Under the pieces are notes generated by a model that searched no databases, was not told the origin of the DNA, and was given only the letters and a program-made list of their open reading frames with translations. From positions 15,376,001-15,440,000 of the forward strand of contig JAQFVV010000010.1 in the NCBI GenBank assembly GCA_028023455.1: a stretch of 64,000 bases of DNA. Reading direction: 5' to 3'. Shown here piece after piece: positions 1 through 12,702 of the stretch. Made by a program: the position numbers and the translations under genes. The stretch is from Epiperipatus broadwayi. Its lineage: Eukaryota; Animalia; Onychophora. Within the stretch, counting starts at the first letter, position 1; each line of letters begins with the position of its first letter.

Positions 1-696
1 AATTGAATATTTCAAAAGTTTTCACTTTTACAAGCTGATTTTAATTTAACTTTCCATATTTACTTATTTATTTTTTATAAAAGGAGTTTTCTTTAAAAAC
101 AAAGAGAAAAAACAGTTTTAAATCTTTTTCTAATTCTAGATTCTCCCCTACCTGCTTTTCAATAAAAGCTTTATTTTATTTTTTTTTAAAAAAATGCAAT
201 CTTTTTTATTTTTAAAACTCCATTTTAAAACCACTCCTTAATTAATTATAACTTTTTGACTATTTTCACTTATTTGATTTTTCTTTTTTTTAATAAATCT
301 GATCATATATTTTTAAATATTAACTATGTAATGCTAGACATATGTAACTTTTACAATATTTATTTCTCACTAGCATTACAATATATATGCTAGCAAATAG
401 TCATGATCATAAATTTATATTTACACTTTTAATGATATTTAAGTCTTGGCAATATATAATAATGTAAAAACTTTTTACAATATTTTTTTCTCAATATTTC
501 ATTATATTGTCAACATATATATATGCCATATTAAAGTTTGGTTTAAGCTCATCATGACTTACATTGTATAAATTAACTGTTATCATGGATGCATTTTTGT
601 TTCAGCATATAATTTTATACTTAGAAGTATGATTCTACTTAGAAGTATTATTCTTATATCTTCTTTACTTTTTTTGCATTTCTTCATATATTCATA

Positions 697-1112
697 TATA
701 TTACTTTTTTATACATCTCATATATACTTTAATGCCATTTTTATATAATTCCTCGTTTATTTTTCTAACAGTTGTGATTGTCCTGGAGTCTTCATCAGAG
801 CTACAATATTTAAACATATAATCATATAACCATTATTTTATATACATATAAAATACATGTTTTACATTATTATTCATAATCATATTTTATTTCTAAAATA
901 ATTAGGAAATAAGAGAAGTGAAGTTATAGAATTAAAAATAAAATATGATTATGAATAATAATGTAATATATATATATATATATATATATAATGGTTATAT
1001 GTTTAAATGTAACTCTGATGAAGACTGCAGGACAATCGAAACTGTTAGAAAATGAAGGAGGAATTATATAAATTGCATTAAAGTGTATATGAGATTTATA
1101 AAAAAGTAATAT
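697..1112. mobile_element. Family A palindromic (fold-back) element with two outward-facing hammerhead-like cores
   Basis: Arms ~697-895 and ~930-1112 are imperfect reverse complements. The + arm has CTGATGA-AGACTGCAGGACAATC-GAAACTGTTAG (1015-1048); the - arm has a decayed copy (GAAA->ACAA) at ~765-802. Same architecture as 55962-56436. Confidence 0.75.
1010..1047 (+). ncRNA. Hammerhead-like motif, family A
   Basis: CTGATGA at 1015-1021, stem II GACT/AATC, GAAA at 1038-1041. Stem III is atypical (only CT before GTTA). Confidence 0.55.
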
Positions 1113-1185
1113 AATTTTGTATTTATTAATATCTGCTTCAAATAACTAATATATAAAGCATGAAAATTAGTAGAGAAAGTGACTA

Positions 1186-1288
1186 GCATTGTTAGCTGAG
1201 AGGTCATCGCACCCGCCTTTCAAGCAAGTAGTTGGTTGCAGACGGGTGTGGTATCGCATCCCGGCCGATGCTATGACATATGAAAAAA
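1186..1288 (+). mobile_element. tRNA-derived (tRNA-Gly-like) SINE
   Basis: Starts GCATTG, ends CCCGGCCGATGC like tRNA-Gly, followed by a short tail ending in poly-A. 10-bp TSD AAAGTGACTA at 1176-1185 and 1289-1298. Second copy at 38340-38442. Confidence 0.75.
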
Positions 1289-2925
1289 AAAGTGACTATT
1301 TTCTCAATATATATAGATAAATGTAGCGATGATGGCATTAATAACATTTTTATTTTGAAATCCAATGCAGTCAACACAAAATGTTTAATAATATCTGGTT
1401 TTTCTACTAGTATTTTTAAAACTTTGATATTTTTCAAGATATTCTGGCAAAAATTATTTTTTAATACTACAGATTATTATAAACATTGGCATAAGTGATT
1501 TGAATAAAATAAATTAATTCATGCTTATTATGGCAATGTCATTACTGACATTTCACCAAAACAAATATCCTCTTGTATTCATAGTAAACAAAGTTGATCA
1601 AGTTCATATAAGAGAAATAAATGAATAAAGGATCATTTTGAGGAATAAAGTAGTTACAGTGTTATTTTCTAAATTGAACTGGATGACATCTGCTTTGTTT
1701 CACCAATCTTCCATTTAAAGAAGGTGTCTATTTTATTTCCTTCTCTTAATATTTAAATGTGATCATCCTTATTAGATAATAATAAAGTTCCTCTATCAGT
1801 AATTTGGTACTCTTTATATAAAAAATTAAGTAATTGAATGCCATTTCAGTGAAATCATACCCTTAAAGATTATTTTCTAAAGCTGAATTCAAATACTGTA
1901 ACATCTATTTCACAGATAGTTTTCATACTACTAATTTGAAGGCAAACTTAATATATTTAATATTTTTTGTTAAACAAATGGCATATTTGTTTTGGTGCAT
2001 GGATATAGGTGTATAGTTCGTTACACATGCTAATTACATTATGTTATTTGTATTCTGCAATAGTAACTAAAATATCGTTTATAGGCTATTATGATGCATT
2101 ACATTTTTATGCTTTCCATATATATTTTTATTATACATAATGAATAAACGTTTTTTTGTAAAATAAGCAAAATAAATATTTTGAATTATTATCTTATAAG
2201 AGTGAATTGTAAAGTTGATGGCTCACTTGTCATGAATGGAAAATAATAATTATAAAAAGACTGCTACATGTGACATAAGGTATTCCACATTATATAATGC
2301 ATTAATTATGATAAAGTATGATAGATAGATCTTCTTGATTTGTAGAATGTAGAATCACTTATTCATTTAGCTCACATTCAGGAAGAATGATTATAACATA
2401 TGTTCGTATGCAAGGATAAGATAACATGTTTCTTATTCTTTTGCATTGCTAAGGTAGTTATTTTACCACCCACAATAATAAACGACTTTGTCAGCAACAA
2501 CAGATTTTGTGGACTTCACCCTGAAATGCTGGCTCATACTCACCTGATGGCTGATACATTTCTTCCCTGGGGTTTTTTGGAAAAGCATATAGAAGAAACA
2601 GGTTTTGACAAAAAAGTTATCTTCTTTGAGAGAAATGAAATAAAAACAATTAAAGAATCTTTATTGTTAAAAATTTATGATTCTGAAGCAATTAACTTAT
2701 ATAAAAGTTATTTTAATATTAAGAGTGGGTGGAAGATAAGTGTAATTGTGAGTAATGTTTAGTTTAAAGACATTGTTATTTTTAGTTCTTTACACTTGAG
2801 AAGTGTGCTTGTAGCAGTAAAACCATTGATAGTGTTGGAGTTTATTTTCTTGACTAATCTGTTTGATTTGTGAATTTGGGGTGATTTTGATTATTTATTG
2901 ACTAGTTTAATTTTATGCTTTTATA

Positions 2926-4053
2926 TCATCATCATCAACTATTATCAATCCATTGCTGAATGAAGGTCTCTCCAAGTTCAATCCATCTTCTCCAATCTTT
3001 TCATCCCTGCATACTTTCTTATTTCATCCATCCATCTCACATGTGGTCTCTTTCTGGATTTTTTTAATCTCTTGGAATCCAGTTTAAGATTTCAATTGTC
3101 CATTTATTATCTTTTCTAGCATTAAGTCCAGCTCAACTCTACTTCAGAATTTTAATTTTTTTAATGAGGCCAGTAACACCTGTTTGTTCTGTTACCCATA
3201 TATTGTATTTTTTATCTCTTCTTGTAACTTCTAAAATGCATCTCTCCATATGTCCTTGAGTGGTCTGAAGTCTCTGTATTGCTCCTATTAAGTGTCCAAG
3301 CCTCAGATCCACAAGTAAGAATTGATAAAACATATTTATTAAAAACCTTCCTTTTTAAACACATAGGCATATTTTCTTTTAGTATCAAGTTATCTCTACC
3401 AAAAGCACTCCAACCAAGTTTAATTCTATGATTAATTTCATCCATTATGTTTCCATCTGTATTAATAATCTGATCAAAGTATTTGTAACTGTTAACTTCT
3501 TCTAACTCATCATAATCAATCTTTATTTTCATATTTTGAGAAAATCCATTGAACATTACTTTAGTCTTGTTAACATTTATCTTTAGTCCTACATTTCTAT
3601 TTTTATCTGATAACTCCTGCAACATTTCCTGCAGCTCTAAAGCATTATTTGCAAAAACAACTACATCATCTGCAAAATCTAAATGACTTAAATAATCTCC
3701 ATTCACATTCACTTCTTTAGCTTACCATTTTAAGCCACAAAATACTTCTTGCAGCACTGTTATAAAAAGTTTTGGAGATATAGAGTCATCCTGTCTTATA
3801 CTTTTCTCAATGTTGACTTTCCTAGTGTCATTATGTGATCTAATCATTTCTGTTGCATTTTTATAAATATTCTTCAAAATATGACTATCCTGGATCTATC
3901 CTTGATGATCCAATGCTTTAATCATATGAAGAAATGTTTATAGAATCAAATGCCTTTTCATAATCTACAAATCCAAAGCATAATGGCAACTCATATTCAT
4001 TTGTTCCTTTCTATAACTTCTCTCATACCTGGATATGATCTACTGTAAATAAT
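2926..4053 (-). mobile_element. 5'-truncated degenerate RTE-clade non-LTR retrotransposon (RT C-terminal half plus 3' tail)
   Basis: ORF 3212-3712 contains HLDFADD...GLKINVNKTK...YGSEAW-like motifs. (TGA)n tail at 2926-2937. Near-identical to 10700-11870. Multiple stops and frameshifts. Confidence 0.9.
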
Positions 4054-4260
4054 CTATATACCACCATGCCCTTATTTAATAGCCCACAGGTTTGGGTGGC
4101 ATTTGTAACAGAATGAAAATATGAAATTAATCTAGACAAAATTCATTTCCTTACCATTCCTCATTGGGGCAGCCACTCACAATGGATCAATTGTTTTAGA
4201 TCAATAACCATGTAAGCAGTTTTATACTCCAATTGGACAAACCACTCTATTCCTTTCCTT

Positions 4261-4301
<41 letters not shown>

Positions 4302-4736
4302 ACATCTGGGAACCATTAAGCTATCTAAACCTAGATGAAGTTACATTGGATATCTACTTTTAATCATATCTGGATTGAACCTCAGTTGGTACATTATTTA
4401 TAATAGTATGTAGGATTTTTCATTTTATAACAATACTATTTGCACTTGTATTATTGGTAAAACATCCTCATTATTTTCTAGTTGTGCAAATAAATTATCT
4501 TACAAACTCTCGTATAACTATATTTGATTATTCAACATTATAAATTTTTAGAGCTCATATTTAATAATATTATAAGTTTTACTAGCTCATATTTAATACT
4601 ATAGATCATCGATGGTAATTCACTAAATCTTTAGAGATCTTTGATGGTAGTCATATCTCTTATGATGGCTCACAAATAACAAACTAACAGTGTGAACCAT
4701 TATTTATATACAACCATTTATTATATTTATTTAGAC

Positions 4737-5044
4737 CAATGGTCCCCAACCTTTTTGCACTTAAGAGCACATTCTATAATACCAGCCAGGTGGCAGGCAC
4801 CATTTATTTTTTCAATGTAAATTTATAGTTGGATATTGTTAATGATAGACTCTTTTACGCTGTAAATGTATAGTATGACCTACAATTTGATTACAATATA
4901 ATACAATAATTTATAAGAAATCTTAAAAATTAAATTTATTTGTATCAGATAAATAATTTTTTATAGTGTTCGGATAGCGGCAGGCACACGTAAAATGGTC
5001 TGCGGGCGCCATGGTGCCCATGGGCATAGGGTTGGGGACCCCTG
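4737..5044. mobile_element. hAT-superfamily MITE
   Basis: TIRs CAATGGTCCCCAACC / GGTTGGGGACCCCTG and perfect 8-bp TSD ATTTAGAC (4729-4736, 5045-5052). Confidence 0.85.
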
Positions 5045-6365
5045 ATTTAGACCATGTACTAATTAATAAATGAAGGTGATAATGATGGCAACGATACTTT
5101 CAACCACAGCTTCATGCCTAACTCACAACACAAATCATGTCTTTTATCAATCTATAATTATTTTCCTAAATAATATTACATATTTAAACTGTTTTAACCA
5201 TGTTTTAATGATTGAAATCCATCAGTGATGATGATGACTAAACTAACCTCACAAGACAATAATTAACTCTAAGAAATATATAAACTTTTTTTAATAAAAA
5301 CAAATTAAATTTTATTATTGGTTAATCATCAATATACAAATAGAAAAAATTACATAATTAATAATAAAAATTAGTTACATTCAAATAATAATAATATTTA
5401 TCCCAAAATTCTTCCCCTCTTCCCCGTAATAAACTTGAACTCGATTGTTGATAGCAAATATATACATGTGTGTTAATAAAAATAGCACGAATCATTGAGA
5501 TTTAGATTTCAGAGATAAATACCTCATGCATGCACACCCTTGCACATTGTGTATAATATAAAATTTTATATCTATAATCTTAAAAAATAATAATTGAGAA
5601 AGAGGTAGAGAAAAAGTTAGCTAAATTACAAAGATGGGAATATTTAAAGAGATCTGTTTCCTAATTATTCATCTCAATTTTTATTAATCTAGGTTGCTAA
5701 TTGCTTTAAAATCTATATCTCATTACACTAAATTTCTACCCTTATCCGCTTTTTCTAAAATTGGAGCAATCATACAAGACACTTACTTATCCATGCACAC
5801 AGATAGTATCATGTGTGTGGGTTACTTCCCATTAATAAATCTTGTGTAAAACCTTTATATATGGTAAAAATAACCTATTTTTTATGATACCTGAATTAAT
5901 ACACAATAAAAACATTTTATATAAAAAAAGATACATATATAAATGGTTACATGTAATGGTAATCAAATAATACACAATATACTAATAAAGTCAATATTCA
6001 TAATTATTGTAAAACCTTTTCTAATAATTTATTTGTATTTTTCATACTTAGAGAGAGAGAGAGAGGAAGGAAGTCAATTGGATTTATTTAAAAAAAGAAT
6101 TGTTAATAGTCATTGAGAAAATAAAAATAAAATTGATATTACCAGGTTCATCTTTTTATTTCTGATGTGCAGACAGTTTCACCAGTTTCAATGGGTTTAA
6201 AGAATTTCAAGCCAGTAAACATCACATGACCACCACTTCTTATGCTTGTATATAACTGTTGTTAAAACAGGCAAGACTCACTATACGTATTGCCATACCC
6301 AGCAAGCTAAAGTAATCAATGGATGCCAAAAGGCTTGTGCATAAATCCCCATCTAGTGGCTACTC

Positions 6366-6424
6366 ATCCAATATCCCCAGACTAGTTTCTGTCTTGTGGC
6401 CTTCATTAGTGAGGAGCCTTGGAT
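6366..6424 (-). ncRNA. Type I hammerhead ribozyme, family B, core-mutated (CUAAUGA)
   Basis: Reverse complement reads ATCCAAGGCTCCTCA-CTAATGA-AGGCCACAAGACA-GAAACTAGTC-TGGGGATATTGGAT. G5->A, so probably inactive. Confidence 0.7.
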
Positions 6425-6764
6425 CTGAGAACACCGCACCTAGATCTTAGGATCTTATGCAACCCTCCAGCAGCCACCTTTTATCTCCACTTAACTATAA
6501 AACTATGAGTCTTAAACTGAAAACACCTTAATGTTTTCAATCCAAACCCATTAGCTTATATAGTCATATAGGTCTGAAATCAGTTCAGTACCCATACATT
6601 CTGGTGTCTTTCATTCTTTAATAACCATAACTACCATTATCCTATTATGCAGGATTGGTTTTAAGCCAATAAACATCACATAACCACTACTTCTTATGCT
6701 TGGGTATAACTGTTGTTAAAACAGGCAAAACTCACTATACGTATTGCCACACACAGCTAGCTAG

Positions 6765-6823
6765 ATCCAAGGGTCCTCACTGATGAAGGCCACAAGCCAG
6801 AAACTAGTCTGGAGATATTGGAT
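6765..6823 (+). ncRNA. Type I hammerhead ribozyme, family B, intact core
   Basis: ATCCAAGGGTCCTCA-CTGATGA-AGGC CACAA GCCA-GAAA-CTAGTC^TGGAGATATTGGAT. Palindromic stem III ACTAGT; predicted GUC cleavage after 6809. Confidence 0.85.
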
Positions 6824-8435
6824 GAGTAGGCACTATATGGGGATTTATGCACAAGCCTTCTGGCATCCAGTGATTACTCTAGCTTGCTGTGTGTGGCAAT
6901 ACGTATAGTGAGTTTTGCCTGTTTTAATGAATTTCATTTTGAAGTTAGCTTGCTTAAGGTTAAGAATTTGAATTTTGCAACATACCATTATTTTATATAT
7001 AAATTACAGCAGTTTTACTGGAAAAGTTCCATTTAAGTTTAGGCTTGTAATTCTTCTGCTCTACTGCAATGATGAGGATGCTGTGACATAAATTGCATTT
7101 CTTTAATGACCATTTTAATATTGTGGTGGTTTCTTCATTTCTTCTTTTTCTGCTCTGGGTATGATTATGTCTAAAGACAAATGGATATTTTCTGCTTTTA
7201 ATATAAGTTTAGCAAATTTTACTTTGTGCTTTTATTTGGATTTGGATTCAGCAATGGCATAGGTGAAGCAATAGCAGGATATGAAGTCTTCTTTTGACTT
7301 TGGTGATCAGCCAGAGGATGCTATTTGTTAATTTTCTTTCCAGATTTAACTCTTTTGATGTGCATAGAGTTCCCTGGGTAACCAAAAAAAGGCACCCTCA
7401 ACACAAAATATCTATCTAGCCCTTCATAATTTGTAGAATCCTTAAAAAAATATAAAAATAATGATGTGTTGGATCCAAGAAGCAATCAGACACTAATTTC
7501 AACTGTCTTATTTTTCAGACTATATATGTGCTGGCCTTTTGAATGACTTCACACACATTTAGTTGCTGAAACAACTGGTTATCTATAAAGTATACTTTAT
7601 CAGTGCAGCTGCAATACAAATATCTTTAACCCTTATATTTTTCCCAAAATTTGTTATTTGGTGTGATTCAAAATAATCAGTGGCTTCTTTGGTCTTTATC
7701 TTATTTTTTGGGTGGTCTAAAGTAATCAACAGTTCTTAATTTTGAAACTGCTTACTAATGAGTTATTTTTCTTCAATTCCAATTTTCTCACACTAAAGTT
7801 AAGTTAAAATTGATTTTATCTCTCTCAATATTTTTTTTTAACACTAGATTGAAATCTTTAGAATTGGCAATCTTTCTCACTTAGTTTTAACACTTTTTTT
7901 AAAAAAAAGACTGGATTTAAATAATATAAAAAGAACAATTTTTTACACAGAAAATATGAAATCATTATAAAAAACATTTTAATATATCTGTAAATGTTTA
8001 TGCTTTGGTGTTTGTACATGCACACGCATATACATATATCCACTCATCTGTAAAAACTTGTCTATTGAAAGTAGTCTAAATGATCAGAAAAGCTACAGAT
8101 TATTAATATTATTAGTATTAAAGTCATAGAATAAATTAGCAATGACAAGTATTTAATTAAAAATATTATTAGGAAAGAATAAAATTATAATTCATTAGAT
8201 ATAAAATGAAATAGAACAAATTAATAAGTAAACCTAGAAAACTAATATTGTATGGAGTTTATGTCTACAGACAACTATTCATATCTGCTTAATATATTTA
8301 ATTCTTAAATATAACTATTAAACTACTCATATATATATTATCTCTTTCACTAATAAAATTGGTTGAATAGAGATAAAATATTTCTCCCATTTTTCTTCTG
8401 AGGTCTTGGGAATGTAGGGTTTAAACTCAACACCT

Positions 8436-8438
<3 letters not shown>

Positions 8439-8509
<71 letters not shown>
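8439..8509. repeat. (TA)n microsatellite, ~35 units
   Basis: Directly visible. Confidence 0.95.
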
Positions 8510-8512
<3 letters not shown>

Positions 8513-8605
8513 ACCAACTGACAAAGTACCAGGAACAGGAATCAAGATAAGCAGTGAGAGTATAAAGTGGGTGAAAGCAATAATCAAACAATAATAATAA
8601 CTACT

Positions 8606-9003
8606 GTGATATGTTGGACTATTTCTATCATCTATGAGTGAATGTTGAATGTATAGAAAATTTTAAACTTTATTTAAACTTTCCAATTACAAACAATTTG
8701 TTAATAATAACACACAAATAGACAACACAGGTTAGTAATTACACAATGTTTTGAATAGTATTATTCTCCACTCTTCTTCATGTCTTGCTGGCCTATATGC
8801 ACAGTGACAGTATTTGCTTAGAAGTTGAACTAGCACCTTTAAATTCTTGAATATTGAATTTAAGGTAACACTCTACCAACTGAGCTATTTGTGTATTATT
8901 ACTAACGAGTTGTTTGTATTTGGAAAGTTTAAATAAAGTTTAAAATTTTCTATACATTCAACATTCACTCAAAAATGATGGAAATAGTCCAATGTATTAC
9001 ATC
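8606..9003. mobile_element. Fold-back element with ~115-bp inverted arms and an internal tRNA-like (A/B box) segment
   Basis: 8606-8720 vs 8888-9003 are reverse complements. The minus strand has TAGCTCAGTTGGTAGAG and GTTCAA. A related partial copy lies at ~32540-32810. Confidence 0.65.
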
Positions 9004-9095
9004 TAATAATATACCATCATCACAAACCTTCAGACAAAAATAACCACTGGTCTCAATCTGCTTTAACGAATTATCAATTAATAATTGCCTAGCTC

Positions 9096-9130
9096 AGAAG
9101 AAGAAGAAGAAGAACAACAACAACAACAAC

Positions 9131-9162
<32 letters not shown>

Positions 9163-9220
9163 TAATAATAATAATAATGATGATGATGATGATGATTATG
9201 ATGATGATAATAATAATAAT
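9096..9220. repeat. Compound trinucleotide microsatellite (GAA)n(CAA)n(TAA)n(TGA)n
   Basis: Directly visible. Confidence 0.95.
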
Positions 9221-9964
9221 AAAGTTAATTATGAGACTGTGTTTCCATGCTAAAAGGTACAGACTGCTTTAAAGTCAAATATGTATCAAAAACACATATC
9301 TGACTGCATTGACATAACATTGGATCCCAACCCTTTAAGAATCACAATAATATCTCAATGACTAACAATAATGATCCTACTTCAATAAAGCTAAAATGAT
9401 ATATCAACTAAATATTTAAGAATAATAATAATAAAATTTATTGTAAAAATAATATTTCTAACTTTAATTTGAATTAGATCTTTATCTGAATCTTTATTAT
9501 ATCTAAATCTCTATCTCAGGGACATCATACTATAGAAAGAACAAAGCATAGGATATTGGATAATAAAAGATACATTTATGGAAATCCGATAATCCAGACA
9601 AATTCAGAAAATATACAATAATATTATATAATTTAATAGACTATAATAACTTTGCTCTGCAATATGATAAACAATTAAACGAATAACTTTGGGTCATCTA
9701 GGGTTGTGAAATTAATTGAAGAAAGATCTATATTATAATTTAAGCGTTATAATACAAATATAGTTTGGATTATTAAGAATAATAGGCAATCATCTCTCAT
9801 GATGACCATTAATAATAATAACAATAATCCTCAATAATACGAATATAATAACAGTACTCTTATAATGTAAATGTTTTGAATAAATTATTTAAAATAAAAA
9901 AAAAACAATAATTAAGTAATTTGCATAAGGATATTCAAATAAAGCTCTGCTTACACTTTTAAAA

Positions 9965-11870
9965 ACTTCAACAAAGATAGCTGGTAGAAAAAAGTGGCAA
10001 TAGACCAATAAATTTTCTATTGAGACTAGAGAATTTATGAAGAAAAGAAGAAATATGAAGATATACAAAAATGATGCATTAAAAAGGATTGAATACCTTG
10101 AATTCTGTAAAATAGTGCGGAAAAAAATTGAAAATGATATAAGAAAGTATAACTGTGAACTAGCAAGGAAAGCTGTAGAAGAGAATAAAAGTCTCAAGAA
10201 TATAAAACAACATTTTGGTATTGGTAGGAAATTTATATTTGCAATAAGAAAAAAAGATGGAACTATTATTAAAAAGAGAGATGACATCATGAAATGGGTA
10301 GAAGACTTCTATCAAGAATTATATAGTAATAAAGAATAAGTACCTCCTATATCTATTATATCTTCTGTATTGCCCAGAATTTTAAATGAAGAAGTGAGAC
10401 ATGCAATTAAATTTATGAAGAAAGGATAGGCTCCAGGTAATGATGGAATTATAATTGATATATCAAAAGAAGCAGGTGAAGGAATAGATTTTTTTTTAGC
10501 AAAGTTATATACCAAATGTCTAAATAATAAAGATGTACCAGATGATTGGAAGAATGCAGTATTATTATTAATATTTAAAAAAGGTGATAAAGAAGATATT
10601 AGAAATTACAGACCTATCAGCCTTTTATTAATTTCATACAAAATTTTTACCAAGATAATTACAATTCGTCTACAGAGAACATTGGATTTCCACCAACCAA
10701 GAGAACAAGCTGGATTTAGAAGTAGTTTTAGTACAGTAGATCATATCCAGGTATTGAGAGAAGTTATAGAAAGGACAAATGAATATGAGTTGCTGTTATG
10801 CTTTGGATTTGTAGATTATAAAAAAGCATTTGATTCTATAAACTTTTTTTCAGCGATTAAAGCATTGGATCATCAAGGTATAGATCCAGGATATTGTCAT
10901 ATTTTAAAAAAATATTTATAAAAATGCAACAGCAACAATTAGATTACATAATGATACTAAGAAAGTTAACATTGAGAAAGATGTAAGACAGGGCAACTCC
11001 ATATCTCCAAAACTTTTTACAGCAGTGCTGTAAGAAGTATTTTGTGGATTAAAATGGGAAGCTAAAGGAGTGAAAGTAAATGGAGATTATTTAAGTCATT
11101 TAGATTTTGCAGATGATGTAGTTGTTTTTTCAAATAATAGTTTACAGCTGCAGGAAATGTTGCCGGAATTGTCAGATAAAAGTAAGAAAGTAGGACTAAA
11201 GATAAATGTTAAAAAGACTAAAGTAATGTTCAATGGATTTTCTCAAAATATGAAAATAAAGATTGATTATGATGAGTTATAAGAAGTTAACAGCTACAAA
11301 TATCTTGGTCAGATTATTAATACAGATAGAAACATAATGTATAAAATTAATCATAGAATCTTGGTTGGAGTGCTTTTGGTAGAGATAACTTGATACTAAA
11401 AGGAAATATGCTTATGTGTTTGAAGAGGAAAGTTTTTAATAAATGTGTTTTACCAGTTCTTACTTATGGATCTGAGACTTGGACACTTAATAAAATAGAC
11501 TTCAGACCATTCAAAGAAATATGGAGAGATGCATGTTAGGAATAACAAGAAGAGATTGAAAACGTAATATATGGGTAAGAGAACAAACAGGTGTTATTGA
11601 CCTCATTGAAAAAATTAAAAGCTAAAGTGGACTTAGGCTAGACATATTTCTAGAAGAGATGATAATAGATGGACAATTAAAATCTTAAATTGGATTCCAA
11701 GAGATTATAAAAGATCCAGAAAAAGACCACATGTGAGATGGATGGATGAAATAAAAAAATGTGCAGGGGTGATGTGGAGAAGAGAAGCTAAAGATTGAAT
11801 AAGGTTTGAACTTGGAGAGACCTTCATACTGCAGTGGATTGATAATGGTTGATGATGATGATGATGATGA
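9965..11870 (+). mobile_element. Degenerate RTE-clade non-LTR retrotransposon (RT domain, 5'-truncated)
   Basis: Fragments NYRPISLL, QPREQAGFR, GFVDYKKAFDSI, HLDFADD, YGSETW. (GAT)n tail at 11847-11870. Many stops and frameshifts. Confidence 0.92.
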
Positions 11871-12702
11871 CACATCTTAGATTAATAAGTTCTATATTTG
11901 AATGCAAAATAAATCAAAAAGTAACATTAGTTATTGTTATATCAATTTCAAATAAACACACGGAAATTCTTAAGTCTAACATGAAATAAATATGTGATAA
12001 TTAAATATGACACTCTTGTACATGATCAGATAAACTTTGATTTCTTCAATAACCTTTATGAAGCAATCATAACTTATGAGCAAATTATCATACCCTTTAA
12101 TAAAACAATCATCTTCATAAGTCATTTTCATCAGTGCAATAAATATTTCTAAATAAAATAATTTATTATGGTTGTGCAATTAAGAAATAATGTGAATACT
12201 GAATCTAATCAGTATTTGTGATGATAACAAATAGAAATATGAAACATAAATAATGGCGAACTATAAAACTTTAAATTTCACAAAAAATCAATTTATTATA
12301 AAGACAATCTTTATAAGTTACAGAACAATATTTAAGTTTTTATTCACATAGTACGAATTACTTACAAATTTTACTAGAAGTAATTTTAAAGTTACAAATA
12401 TTTGAATAAAATTCACAATAAATTAGATTATTAATAAATCAATCTATACAAGCAAATTTTCATATCCCTTCATAATAAAAAATACCAGTATTCCTCTATA
12501 CTATCACATATTTTAAAGTGGGTAAATATTTTACTAAAGCTGGCATAATTCTAATTATAAGTATACATTTTATTTTAATTACAATAATATAAGTAATAAA
12601 AAACACTATACCACTAAGTACTTTATTTAATCTTGGCAAAAAGCATGTTTTATCTTTTCATAATAAATACATAGTTACTTTACTTAATTAAGTAACAAGA
12701 AA

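Larger units (their letters stand above)
6210..6928 (-). mobile_element. Family B HHR retrozyme-like insertion: ~1.2 tandem units plus inverted arm
   Basis: Unit start AAGCCA(A/G)TAAACATCAC at 6209 and 6663 (454 bp period). Inversion junction at ~6760. TSD GAATTTCA at 6202-6209 and 6929-6936. Confidence 0.9.

Noticed and set aside
2400-2762. 120-aa ORF and a CAG/GTGAGT donor-like site on the minus strand near 2496 suggesting a host exon
   Set aside because: No recognisable protein motif and no supporting neighbouring exons.
7000-7800. Possible decayed transposase on the minus strand
   Set aside because: Coding-like composition, but I could not match a specific motif with confidence.
8968-8992. 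CTCAAAAATGATGGAAATAGTC resembling a collapsed hammerhead in the 8.6-kb fold-back arms
   Set aside because: CUGANGA is absent in all three copies and there is no stem II; too weak to call.
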